Positions 40,382 to 49,259 of a DNA stretch of 64,000 bases are shown piece after piece; position 1 is the first letter of the stretch, and each line of letters begins with the position of its first letter. The notes under the pieces were generated by a model, which saw only the letters and a list, made by a program, of their open reading frames with translations, ran no database searches and was not told the DNA's origin. The DNA comes from an uncultured Candidatus Rokubacteria bacterium (GTDB lineage Bacteria; Methylomirabilota; Methylomirabilia; Rokubacteriales; DASRDR01), in NCBI GenBank assembly GCA_963805625.1, contig CAWDVE010000016.1:480001-544000 (forward strand), given 5' to 3'. Both the position numbers and the translations under genes were made by a program.

Positions 40382-41485
40382 GTGGGTGCCGTGATAGGGT
40401 TGCCCCAGCGCGACCTCCTGACCATCCTCGACTTCCTTCGGGGAGCCGGCGCGGTCGGGGGAACCCGCACGTTCGCGGCGTATGTCACGTCCGAGGTTAC
40501 CCGGGTCATTCCAGCGGCCTTGACCGCCTTCGCCGAGCTCGATCTCGCGAAGCGTTCTGTCCACTGGGTGATGGATCGCCCGGATGCGGGTCATCCGAAT
40601 GCGGCGCGGGTGCTCGCCGCCCACATCCACGATAACCCGTTCATCCGCTACAGGAAGAGCACCGGCGATGTCGGGGCAGTCCGGCTCTCCGACCTCATCA
40701 CGACTCGCGCTTTCGAGCAGACCGACCTCTACCACGAGTTCTACCGCCCGCTCCACCTCCACTACTCGATGGCCTGCGCGCTGCGGCTCGGCCAGCGGGA
40801 GCTAGCCGCGGTCGCCGTGTACCGGAGCGGGTCCGATTTCTCCGAGCGCGACCGCCTCTGCCTCGACGTACTCCGGCCGCATCTGGCCCACCTCTACCGG
40901 AGCGCCGAGGCGATGTCTCGGACCCGGCGGGACCTCGCGCTCGTGACCCGAGGCGTCGAGATGTCGAACCACGCCCTCCTCATCGTCGGACGAGAGGGAC
41001 GTATCCGACGGGCGACGGAAAGGGTGGACCGATGGCTGACCCACTACTTCGACCCTGCGCCCCGGCCGGCCCATCTCCCCGTGCGCCTCTGGGAGTGGTT
41101 GCAGTGGCACGAAACGATGGGTGGACGCACGGACGCCCTCCCGCCTGTTCGGCAGCCGCTCGTGGTCGAGCGGCTGAATCGCCGCCTGACAGTTCGCTTC
41201 ATCTCGCAGCCACCGGATAGCATTCTTCTTCTCGAAGAGAGCGCCACTGGCCTGGAGCCCGCCGTGCTGGCCCATCTAGGGTTATCGTCCCGCGAGGCAG
41301 AGGTCCTCGCCTGGGTGACCGCCGGCAAGACGAACCCCGCCATCGCGACTCTCCTGCGGATCTCTCCGCGCACCGTCCAGACTCACCTCGACCGCATCTA
41401 CCGGAAGCTCGGCGTGGAGACGCGGACGGCCGCGGCAGCGCGCGCTCTGGAGGCCATGCGCGAAGCGCCGCTCGAGCAGCCCTAA
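40382..41485 (+). CDS. LuxR-family HTH regulator with N-terminal GAF-like sensor region
   Basis: GLSSREAEVLAWVTAGKTNPAIATLLRISPRTVQTHLDRIYRKLGV; DFSERDR..L..LRPHL GAF-type C-terminal helix. Confidence 0.9.
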   Translation: MGAVIGLPQRDLLTILDFLRGAGAVGGTRTFAAYVTSEVTRVIPAALTAFAELDLAKRSVHWVMDRPDAGHPNAARVLAAHIHDNPFIRYRKSTGDVGAVRLSDLITTRAFEQTDLYHEFYRPLHLHYSMACALRLGQRELAAVAVYRSGSDFSERDRLCLDVLRPHLAHLYRSAEAMSRTRRDLALVTRGVEMSNHALLIVGREGRIRRATERVDRWLTHYFDPAPRPAHLPVRLWEWLQWHETMGGRTDALPPVRQPLVVERLNRRLTVRFISQPPDSILLLEESATGLEPAVLAHLGLSSREAEVLAWVTAGKTNPAIATLLRISPRTVQTHLDRIYRKLGVETRTAAAARALEAMREAPLEQP

Positions 41486-41502
41486 ACCCCCTCGGGGTCC
41501 GT

Positions 41503-41967
41503 CTATGCTGCGCCCGAGGTCATTGGATCGGATGCGAGCGTGTGCCGGTCGGAAGCGAGGCGCTGGGCGAGGATCACGGCGACCCGCAGGGCGAGCTCCG
41601 GGTTCGACTGCAGGAGCTCGAGGAACACCGGGCCGGGGATTTTGAGGGTCGCCACGTCGGTCTCGGCCTTGATCGTGGCGCTTCGCGGGCCCCGATAGAG
41701 GACCGCCGTCTCCCCGAACAGCTGACCGGACCGCATGGTCCGGAGGAGCACGGGTCGGTGCGGGGCGTCGTCGAGCCAGACCTCGGCCTTGCCCTCGATG
41801 AGGGCGTACACCGCGTCCGCCGGGTCACCCTGCCGGACGATCACCTCTCCGGCGCCGAAGCGCGTCACCTCCGCGGCCTGCGCGACAGGCCTCAGGGGAG
41901 CTGTCGGCAGCTCTGCGAAGGGGCCGATGGTCCGCAGCAGGTCGATCTTGCGCTCGAGGCTCTCCAT
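41503..41967 (-). CDS. Stand-alone cyclic nucleotide-binding domain protein
   Basis: GEVIVRQGD, GQLFGETAVLYRGPRSATIKA phosphate-binding cassette; no HTH. Confidence 0.9.
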   Translation of the reverse strand: MESLERKIDLLRTIGPFAELPTAPLRPVAQAAEVTRFGAGEVIVRQGDPADAVYALIEGKAEVWLDDAPHRPVLLRTMRSGQLFGETAVLYRGPRSATIKAETDVATLKIPGPVFLELLQSNPELALRVAVILAQRLASDRHTLASDPMTSGAA

Positions 41968-42551
41968 CGTGCGCTCTCCTCTCCGCGACTCCGATCGGGC
42001 GAGATTCTCGGACCGGGGTGCGCGGCTGTCCCGTCGGCAGCCCCGAGATGCCGTCCTAGGCTTTCTAGACCAAGTCTAGCCCTTCTCGAGCTGTTCGAAC
42101 ACATCATCCCGAACCAGTGGAGGCAGCGTCGTCTGATACGGCCGACCGTCCCCATCACCCGCGATCGGCCATCGGCCGGAACCCAAGACCTGTGGCCAGG
42201 CCCCTGCAGATCGCTAAGGGGGTTCGTCTGCGGGCTCGACACCCTCCAGTCGTCGTGCAACGGCTCGCCGCCCTGCGCCGACGCGAGGCGCACTGGCATC
42301 CCCAGCGGCTGGATCGGGCAGCGCCCGTACGCTGACCGCCAATTGGCAGAGCACGGCGGGGGCGGACGCGAAACTCGGGCTGCGACGCGTCAGCGAGAAA
42401 TGGTGCTAGCATGCAAACGATGCGCGGGTCGGTGAGCGGCAACGGTCAGAGAGGGTAACGTGTTCACCTGTGTCTGGGCGGCCCCTGTGTCAGACTGCCG
42501 CGTCGGCGGTGGCCCGTGGCCGCCGACTCGTCGGGTCGCTGGCTGATCGGA

Positions 42552-45500
42552 ATGGTCGACCAGCCCACAGGACGCTGTCCCGCTTGCGGCGCTGACAACC
42601 CCGCGACCCAGAAGTTCTGCGGCGAGTGCGGCGCCCGCCTCGCCCTCGTCTGTCCTGCCTGTAGCCACCAGAACCCCGGCGGCCAGAAGTTCTGCGGGGA
42701 ATGCGGGGCGAAGCTCGGCGCGCCGGCGGCCCCGCCCCCGGCGGCACCGGTGGAGCGGGTTCCGGTGGCGCCGACGCCAGTGGAGGCTGACACGGCCCCC
42801 GCCGCGCTGCGACCGGGTTCGGCTTTCCGGGAGGCGGCGCCCGCGGCCTACACCCCGAAGCACCTCGCCGAGAAGATCCTGACCTCCAGGAGCGCCATCG
42901 AGGGCGAGCGCAAGCAGGTGACGGTCATGTTCACCGACGTCTCGGGCTTCACCGCGATGTCGGAGCGCCTCGATCCGGAAGAGGTCCACGCCATCATGGA
43001 CCGCGTTTTCGAGGTGATCCTTGGCGCCGTCCACGGATACGAGGGGACGATCAACCAGTTCCTGGGGGACGGCGTCATGGCACTCTTCGGGGCGCCGATC
43101 GCCCACGAGGATCATGCGGGCCGCGCCCTGCGGGCGGCGCTGGCGATCCAGGAGAAGCTCGCGCCGGTCCGCGTGGACGTCCAGCGCCAGCACGGGCAGA
43201 ACTTCCTCATGCGGGTCGGCATCAACACTGGGCCCGTGGTGGTGGGCGCCATCGGCCGTGACCTGAGGATGGACTACACGGCCGTGGGCGACACCGTGAA
43301 CCTGGCGGCGCGGCTGCTGAACGTTGCGCAACCGGGGCAGATCGTGGCCAGCCGCCACACCAAGGCGCTCTGCGAGGGCTTCTTCCTGTTCGACGATCTC
43401 GGCGACTTCCAGGTCAAGGGGAAGACCGAGCCCCAGCGCGCCTACGCCGTGAAGAGCGAGATCAGCGGCCGGACCAGGCTGGAGGTCTCGAAGGAGCGCG
43501 GGCTGACGCCGCTGATCGGACGCGTGGCGGAGCGCGAGCGGCTGATCGAGGGCTTCCAGCGGGCCAGCGGTGGCCATGGGGGCGTCGTTGTCATCTCGGG
43601 CGACCCCGGGGTCGGCAAATCGCGCCTGCTCTACGAGTTCCTCCGGGGCCTCGACGAGACCGGGTACCTCGAGCTGGAAGGCACCTGCGCCTCCTACGGT
43701 CGCACCATGGCGTACCGTCCGCTCCTCGAAGTGTACCGGCGATACCTCGAGATCACCGAGGAACTGTCCCCCGAAGACGTCAGGCGGCGCGTGGCTGCCC
43801 GGCTCGTCGCCCTCGGCCTCGAGGGCGAGGAGCCGGCATTCCTGCTCTGCCATTTCCTGGGCCTTCCGGTGCCGCCGGAGTTCCTGCTCCGGGTGCAAGG
43901 CGCGAAGCTCCGGGACCGCACCCACGAGGTCCTCCAGAGCCTCATCTTCCGCGAGAGCGTGCGACAACCGGTCGTGCTGGTCGTCGAGAACATACACTGG
44001 GTCGACGCCAGCTCGGAGGTGTTCCTGAAATCGCTGGCGGAGCGCGTGCACGAGCACCGGTTGTTGCTGGTGTTGACCACGCGGCCCGGGTCAGCCCTGG
44101 AGTGGCTCCCGGCCACGACCGTGAGGCTCAAGCTGGAGGGTCTCGACCACGACGACATCAGGGAGATGGTGGGCGCGCTCTGCGGCGCGCGCGCGGTGTC
44201 GGAGCCGCTGTTCGAGCTGCTCATGGCCAAGGGAGAGGGCAATCCCCTGTACGTCGAGGAGATCGTCCGGCAGCTCCAGGAGACCGATGGGATCGTCGTC
44301 GACGACGGCGAGGCGCGGCTTCGCGCCGCCGACGTGACGGTGCCGGAGACGATCCGCGACATCATCGCCGCCCGGGTGGACCGCCTCGCGGAGTCTCCCA
44401 AGCGGACACTGCAGGTCGCCTCCGTCGTCGGCCGCCGCTTCGGCATCACGCTGGTGTCCCGCGTCCGCGAGAGCGATCACGATCACGTGGCCGGCGACCT
44501 CCAGGATCTCCATGCCGTCGACTTCGTCTTCCCGAGCGCGAACGACCCCGAGCTGATGTACAGCTTCAAGCACGCGCTCACCCAGGATGTCGTCTACACG
44601 AGCCTCCTGGAGCGTCGTCGCCGGCGGTTCCACGCCGCCGCCGGACGTGGCCTCGAGGAGCTCTATGCGGACCGGATCGACGACGTCGTCGAGCTGCTCG
44701 CCTACCACTACGAGCACAGCGGGGAAGATGACAAGGCGGTGGACTACGCGATTCGAGCCGCCGAGAAGGCGCAGGGCCGCTGGGCCACCGCCGAGGCGGT
44801 CGCGTACTTCGAGACCGCCGTAAAGCGCCTGGAGACGATGCCCGACACGCCGGAGAACCAGGTGCGCCGCATCGATGCTGTCGTGAAGCAGTCGGAGATC
44901 ATGTTCGCCCTCGGGCGCCAGGCCGAGCAGCTCCAGCGCCTGGAGACCATCCGCGACCTCGTGGAGACGGCGGCCGACCCACCCCGCCGCGCGGCCTGGT
45001 ACTCCTGGGCCGGGTTTCTTCGCAGCGGCACACAGGGTCGACCCGACGTGCCGATCGCCTATTGCCGTGAGGCGATCGCGGTGGCGGAGGCCAACGGGCT
45101 GGACGAGATCAGGGCGTTCGCCGAAGGCTGCCTGGCGCATGTCTACGACATGGCGGGACGTCTCCGGGAGTCACTGGAGGCGGGTGAGCGCGCGCTCGAG
45201 ACCTTCGAGGCACGCGGGAACGTGTGGTGGGCGTGCCGGACCCTCTGGGGCATCAGCATGGCGGCCACGGGGCTGGGGGAATGGCAGCGCAGCCTGGACT
45301 ACTGCCGGCGGGCTCGTCAGCACGCCAAGGGGGTGAACGATCGGCGACTGAAGGTGGTCGGCTTCTGGCGGACCGGCTGGACGCATGTCCAGCGCGGCGA
45401 CATCGAGGCAGGCCTCCGCTATTGCGAAGAAGCCCTCGCCCTGTCTCCCAGCCCGTTCGACGCAGCCATGGCCAAGGCGGCGCAGGGGTACGGCCAGGTC

Positions 45501-45992
45501 AAGGCCGGGGAGCTGGCGGTCGGGACGGCGCGGTTGGAGGAGGCGGTGGCGTGGTTCGATCGCTCGCACCTGCCGCTGACGTACGCGCGGTTCGCGCTGT
45601 GCCTGGGGGAAGCCTACGTGCGCCAAGCGAGGCCGGCCGAAGCCCGAGCGCTCTTCGAACGGGGCCTGGGTATGAGCCGCGAGCTCGGGTACCGCTACTT
45701 CGAAGGCGTGGCGCACCGCCTCCTTGGAGAGTCACTCGCGACCGACGCGCCGTCCGACGCCACCCAGCACCTCGACGCGGCGGCGAAGATCCTCGAGGAG
45801 GTGGACGCGCGCAACGAGTACGCCAAGACGCTCGTCGCTCAGGCCGAGCTGCGACGCGCGTCAGGCGACCGGGGCGAGGCCGATCAGCTGCTGGAGCGCG
45901 CGTTGGAGATCTTCGACGAGCTCGGGACCCTCGACGAGCCGCCCCACGTCCGGGCTGCGCTCGCCGCGCTACGGGACAATCTACCAGCGTAG
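42552..45992 (+). CDS. Double zinc ribbon + class III nucleotide cyclase + STAND/AAA ATPase + TPR protein
   Basis: CPACG/FCGECG twice; FTDVSGFT, QFLGDG, YTAVGDTVNLAARL; GDPGVGKSRL Walker A, VVENIHWVD, EGNPLYVEE, YSFKHALTQD; helical repeats to the C-terminus. Confidence 0.93.
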   Translation: MVDQPTGRCPACGADNPATQKFCGECGARLALVCPACSHQNPGGQKFCGECGAKLGAPAAPPPAAPVERVPVAPTPVEADTAPAALRPGSAFREAAPAAYTPKHLAEKILTSRSAIEGERKQVTVMFTDVSGFTAMSERLDPEEVHAIMDRVFEVILGAVHGYEGTINQFLGDGVMALFGAPIAHEDHAGRALRAALAIQEKLAPVRVDVQRQHGQNFLMRVGINTGPVVVGAIGRDLRMDYTAVGDTVNLAARLLNVAQPGQIVASRHTKALCEGFFLFDDLGDFQVKGKTEPQRAYAVKSEISGRTRLEVSKERGLTPLIGRVAERERLIEGFQRASGGHGGVVVISGDPGVGKSRLLYEFLRGLDETGYLELEGTCASYGRTMAYRPLLEVYRRYLEITEELSPEDVRRRVAARLVALGLEGEEPAFLLCHFLGLPVPPEFLLRVQGAKLRDRTHEVLQSLIFRESVRQPVVLVVENIHWVDASSEVFLKSLAERVHEHRLLLVLTTRPGSALEWLPATTVRLKLEGLDHDDIREMVGALCGARAVSEPLFELLMAKGEGNPLYVEEIVRQLQETDGIVVDDGEARLRAADVTVPETIRDIIAARVDRLAESPKRTLQVASVVGRRFGITLVSRVRESDHDHVAGDLQDLHAVDFVFPSANDPELMYSFKHALTQDVVYTSLLERRRRRFHAAAGRGLEELYADRIDDVVELLAYHYEHSGEDDKAVDYAIRAAEKAQGRWATAEAVAYFETAVKRLETMPDTPENQVRRIDAVVKQSEIMFALGRQAEQLQRLETIRDLVETAADPPRRAAWYSWAGFLRSGTQGRPDVPIAYCREAIAVAEANGLDEIRAFAEGCLAHVYDMAGRLRESLEAGERALETFEARGNVWWACRTLWGISMAATGLGEWQRSLDYCRRARQHAKGVNDRRLKVVGFWRTGWTHVQRGDIEAGLRYCEEALALSPSPFDAAMAKAAQGYGQVKAGELAVGTARLEEAVAWFDRSHLPLTYARFALCLGEAYVRQARPAEARALFERGLGMSRELGYRYFEGVAHRLLGESLATDAPSDATQHLDAAAKILEEVDARNEYAKTLVAQAELRRASGDRGEADQLLERALEIFDELGTLDEPPHVRAALAALRDNLPA

Positions 45993-46200
45993 CCAGCGCC
46001 GAGCAGACCAAGCGGCTAGCCTACAGACGTACCTTCACAGTGCGTGGCGGGCTGGCTCCTTTGCGCGTGGGCGCGATGGGTCCGCAAACTGGTAGGCCTC
46101 GAGGAGGCGGAGCGGGCAGAATCCGTGCCGACTCTCTCCGTGGTTCTCGAGTTGGCGAACGCATTCTGGACAACACGCGACCCCTCGCGCGCCGGCCAAG

Positions 46201-46244
46201 CTGACGAGGGGGCGGGCCGCGCTCGCAACCCGCCCCCTCGTCAG
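46201..46244. terminator. Perfect 16-bp inverted repeat between convergent genes
   Basis: CTGACGAGGGGGCGGG (46201-46216) / CCCGCCCCCTCGTCAG (46229-46244); no U-tract. Confidence 0.65.
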
Positions 46245-46257
46245 GACTGAAGAGTCG

Positions 46258-49026
46258 TCAGGGCTGAAGAAGAGGAGAGGCACCGTGGTCTAGGCGCTGC
46301 TGTTGTGTCGCCTGACTGCACTTCGGGCTTGTCGATTCGGTCAAGTCGCCGCAGTACAGCGCTTGCGACTGGTTGATCTGGACCACCCCGGTTGAGGGCG
46401 ATCCGACCGTGAAGCTGCCGGTCGGCGCGGCGTGAAGTCGTGTACTGCCGCTCACCGCCTCGACGGTCTCGTGACCCAACTCGTGAGCGAGTGTGAAGTC
46501 GGTGGCGATGCTCGTCAGCATCGTGCCCGTGTTGGTCGCTGGGGCGACGACCTCCGAACAGAAATCGCCCGGATTGGCCGTGAACGCCTTGACCCCGCTG
46601 ACGCCCGTCGCGGATATCACATAGTAGAGGTTCACGTCGGTCGCCACGGTCGGGGGCGCGGGGGACGGGGGCTCCATGTTCATGAGGTTCTGTTCTTCTG
46701 TCGTGAGAACCTTATTCGTGAGGGCCACGCCGTCGACTCCGAGCACGATGGCGGGAGGGGACGCGGTTGTCAGGCAGTTGGGCTCCGTCGCATTCAGTTG
46801 ATGGTTGACATCGACGTCCAGGAGGGTATCGACGACCGGCACCGTCGTGATGCGACGGAGCCGGACGTTCACCCCGGCCTGCGAGAGGATCTCAGTCACG
46901 TTGCGGACGTCCCGCTCGACTAAGGCGTTGTCAACAGCCCCTGTCTGCCCGGCCGTCGGGTAATTCACCCGGTTTGCAAACCTGGTCGTGCTCTTGAGGA
47001 TCTTGGCGTCGACCCAGATCGTCTGGAAGCGGATATCGTCGATGAGCACCCGCGTCTCGTACTGGCCGTCGCCCCCGTTGGACAGCGTGAACAGCAACTC
47101 GAGTGTTGCGTTCGTCCCAGCAGCGCTGCTCAGGTCGAACTCGACAGTCCTCCAGTTCGTCTGTGCGCACGATGTATCCCCGGGGGTGGGGCTGGCGGCG
47201 AAGCAGTCACCGAACTGATACGGCGAAAGAACTGCGCCCGCGCTACTGATGAGCGTGAAGGCGCTGTTCACTGTCGACTGGAATTGTTTCGGCGTCCAAC
47301 CCGAGGGGCAATTGGCGGTGCAGTTGATGAGGATCGTGAACGGATCTTGAAACGGCTTGCCGACCCACTCGGTGATCTCCTCGGTGACGTAGTTGTAATT
47401 CATGCGAAACTTCGTCGCCCCGGCCGGGACGGTGATGGTCTGCTTCAGACTCGAGCCGGTGTTCAAGCCCGTGGTCGGGTCGTTGGTCCTCAGGGCCGCC
47501 ATCGATTTACCTTCCGACGGCAGGATGGTACCAGGAATGGTACCTAGCGTGCCACGCCCCCATGCGCTGGGGGAGCAAATATTCTGATAATTGATGTTGT
47601 TGCCGCGTTTGATCGTTTTGCAGAGAGGGTTGGGAGGGACATAGGTAGCGGTCGGCCCGAGTTGCTGTATGACCGAGGCGCCTCCGGTGAACGCCCAGCT
47701 CGAGAGGTCACCGCGCTCGAAGCCGCCGTTCCGAATCCCCGGGCGCGTGTTGACTGGCGCGCTCGGTGCCGTAAGCGTGATGTTGGCGGTTCCCGTGCCC
47801 AGTTCAGACGGAATCGTGCCGGTTCCCGAGCCGACTGAGCCTTTCAAGGGGTGAAAGGCGTTCACGGTGAACTGGCCGCCCCCGGGCGTATCGACGAAGA
47901 GCGTGTACTTGCCGCTCGAGTCCGTCGTGGCGACGAGAGTGTTCGTCGGGTTGCTCACGACGACACCGGGCTGCGCCACCCCCCCTTGGGTGACGGTCCC
48001 CGAAGCGTATCCGCTCCCATTCCCCGCCAAGATCCCGTACGTCCCCGCCGTGAGAATACCTGGAAGCGCGCATGGTTGCCCATCCAATACCGTGGTCGTC
48101 ATGATCGTCCCCGCGGAGACGCTTGCGCAGGCCACCGGAATCGCCTGCGCGGTCGCGGAACCGACGCAGATGGGGGTGGGGCCGTCGACGAGAGTGTAGC
48201 CCATGGGGCACTGGCCGCCGGAGGGAAGCGTGACCTTGTCGACGAACACCTCCTGGGCGACCACTAACTTCGTGCCGTCTATCAAGCCCGACTGCGTCTG
48301 CACCTCGATGTCGAACGGCAGGCTCGGATCCTCAGCCTCGCCTCCGAACACTGCGCTATCGACGGTCAGGTTCACGACTTCGACGACCGGCTTGTTTCCA
48401 GGGTTCGCGCCGAAGACCTTCCCTTTCTTGGCTGAGACGAAGGCGGCCCCGCGAAGGGAACCTGGCGGGACGTGCACCGTGACTCCGTTCCCCTGAACCG
48501 TCCCGGCCGCCCCCGCGTCGAAGAACTCGCCGACCAGCAAGATGAATTCACCCGACTCGAACGAACTCGGCGAGTTCTTCAGACTGTAATTGAGGCGAAC
48601 CTTGAGACGCATGGAGATCGCGAGAGGCTCGTTGAAGGTTTGATCGCAGATGAAGAGTCCCTTCCCGACGTTGTGAAAAGATGACCCCTGACCCGTACCG
48701 ACCGCTGTCGAATCCTTCATCTGACAGACGGTCGTCTCGGAGCCGGTGTCGCTTACCCGCATCAGCTTGACGAGGAGGGACCCCTTCAGGGCGGGATTAT
48801 TAAAGTCGCCGATCTGTGCCGTGAACGACACCGTTGTCGGCACGCCGACCTGGATGCAACAGTAGTTGTCATTGAAAGCGTCCGCGTTCTGGGCTACGAA
48901 TGACGTGGCCGCGACCGTCGGGGCAGCCCACGCGATGGCGGGGCCTCCGAGAATAATCCCGAAGAACAAAGCGGACAGGACTGTGGACCCAACGATTGCC
49001 AGAATCCCCGCCGGCTGGCTTCTCAT
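46258..49026 (-). CDS. Large secreted Thr/Ser/Cys-rich multidomain protein: carboxypeptidase-regulatory-like domain, CBM-like jellyroll, C-terminal HExxH (zincin-like) region
   Basis: Signal peptide after GGAGG RBS (MRSQPAGILA..AIAWA); SGTVT..GV.V..ATTDSSGKYTL; IRNGGFERGDLSSW..VLIDDIRF; FTLAHELGHE. Confidence 0.72.
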   Translation of the reverse strand: MRSQPAGILAIVGSTVLSALFFGIILGGPAIAWAAPTVAATSFVAQNADAFNDNYCCIQVGVPTTVSFTAQIGDFNNPALKGSLLVKLMRVSDTGSETTVCQMKDSTAVGTGQGSSFHNVGKGLFICDQTFNEPLAISMRLKVRLNYSLKNSPSSFESGEFILLVGEFFDAGAAGTVQGNGVTVHVPPGSLRGAAFVSAKKGKVFGANPGNKPVVEVVNLTVDSAVFGGEAEDPSLPFDIEVQTQSGLIDGTKLVVAQEVFVDKVTLPSGGQCPMGYTLVDGPTPICVGSATAQAIPVACASVSAGTIMTTTVLDGQPCALPGILTAGTYGILAGNGSGYASGTVTQGGVAQPGVVVSNPTNTLVATTDSSGKYTLFVDTPGGGQFTVNAFHPLKGSVGSGTGTIPSELGTGTANITLTAPSAPVNTRPGIRNGGFERGDLSSWAFTGGASVIQQLGPTATYVPPNPLCKTIKRGNNINYQNICSPSAWGRGTLGTIPGTILPSEGKSMAALRTNDPTTGLNTGSSLKQTITVPAGATKFRMNYNYVTEEITEWVGKPFQDPFTILINCTANCPSGWTPKQFQSTVNSAFTLISSAGAVLSPYQFGDCFAASPTPGDTSCAQTNWRTVEFDLSSAAGTNATLELLFTLSNGGDGQYETRVLIDDIRFQTIWVDAKILKSTTRFANRVNYPTAGQTGAVDNALVERDVRNVTEILSQAGVNVRLRRITTVPVVDTLLDVDVNHQLNATEPNCLTTASPPAIVLGVDGVALTNKVLTTEEQNLMNMEPPSPAPPTVATDVNLYYVISATGVSGVKAFTANPGDFCSEVVAPATNTGTMLTSIATDFTLAHELGHETVEAVSGSTRLHAAPTGSFTVGSPSTGVVQINQSQALYCGDLTESTSPKCSQATQQQRLDHGASPLLQP

Positions 49027-49085
49027 GGGGAAATCCGCCTCCATCTTTTGTTGGTGAAGACACGATCTTGTGGTGAAGATGCGAC

Positions 49086-49199
49086 CGCTTCGTTCGATAC
49101 GACGATACGATGAAGATCCCCCGAGCGCTTCGTTCGATACGATGGAGATTGTCTGCAAAGCGTCAATCTGAGGCACTTCCTGACTGAGGCACTTCCTGA
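49086..49199. repeat. Direct repeats in the 5' leader of the secreted-protein gene
   Basis: CGCTTCGTTCGATACGA at 49086-49102 and 49126-49142; tandem 16-mer CTGAGGCACTTCCTGA at 49168-49183 and 49184-49199. Confidence 0.85.
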
Positions 49200-49214
49200 C
49201 CAAAACACGCGGCA

Positions 49215-49242
49215 ATACTAGCATTCTCTGAGACGGTGTCAA
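49215..49242 (-). promoter_or_regulatory. Sigma-70 promoter for the secreted-protein gene
   Basis: Minus strand reads TTGACA-N16-TAGTAT with a TGn extended -10. Confidence 0.6.
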
Positions 49243-49259
49243 TCCGCGGGGTTCTCCGA

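Noticed and set aside
46044-46170. EAERAESVPTLSVVLELANAF resembling an XRE HTH tail
   Set aside because: Too short and without the preceding helices; cannot be told from chance.
49086-49199. Direct repeats as a mini CRISPR array
   Set aside because: Only two copies of each, repeats 16-17 bp, no cas genes.
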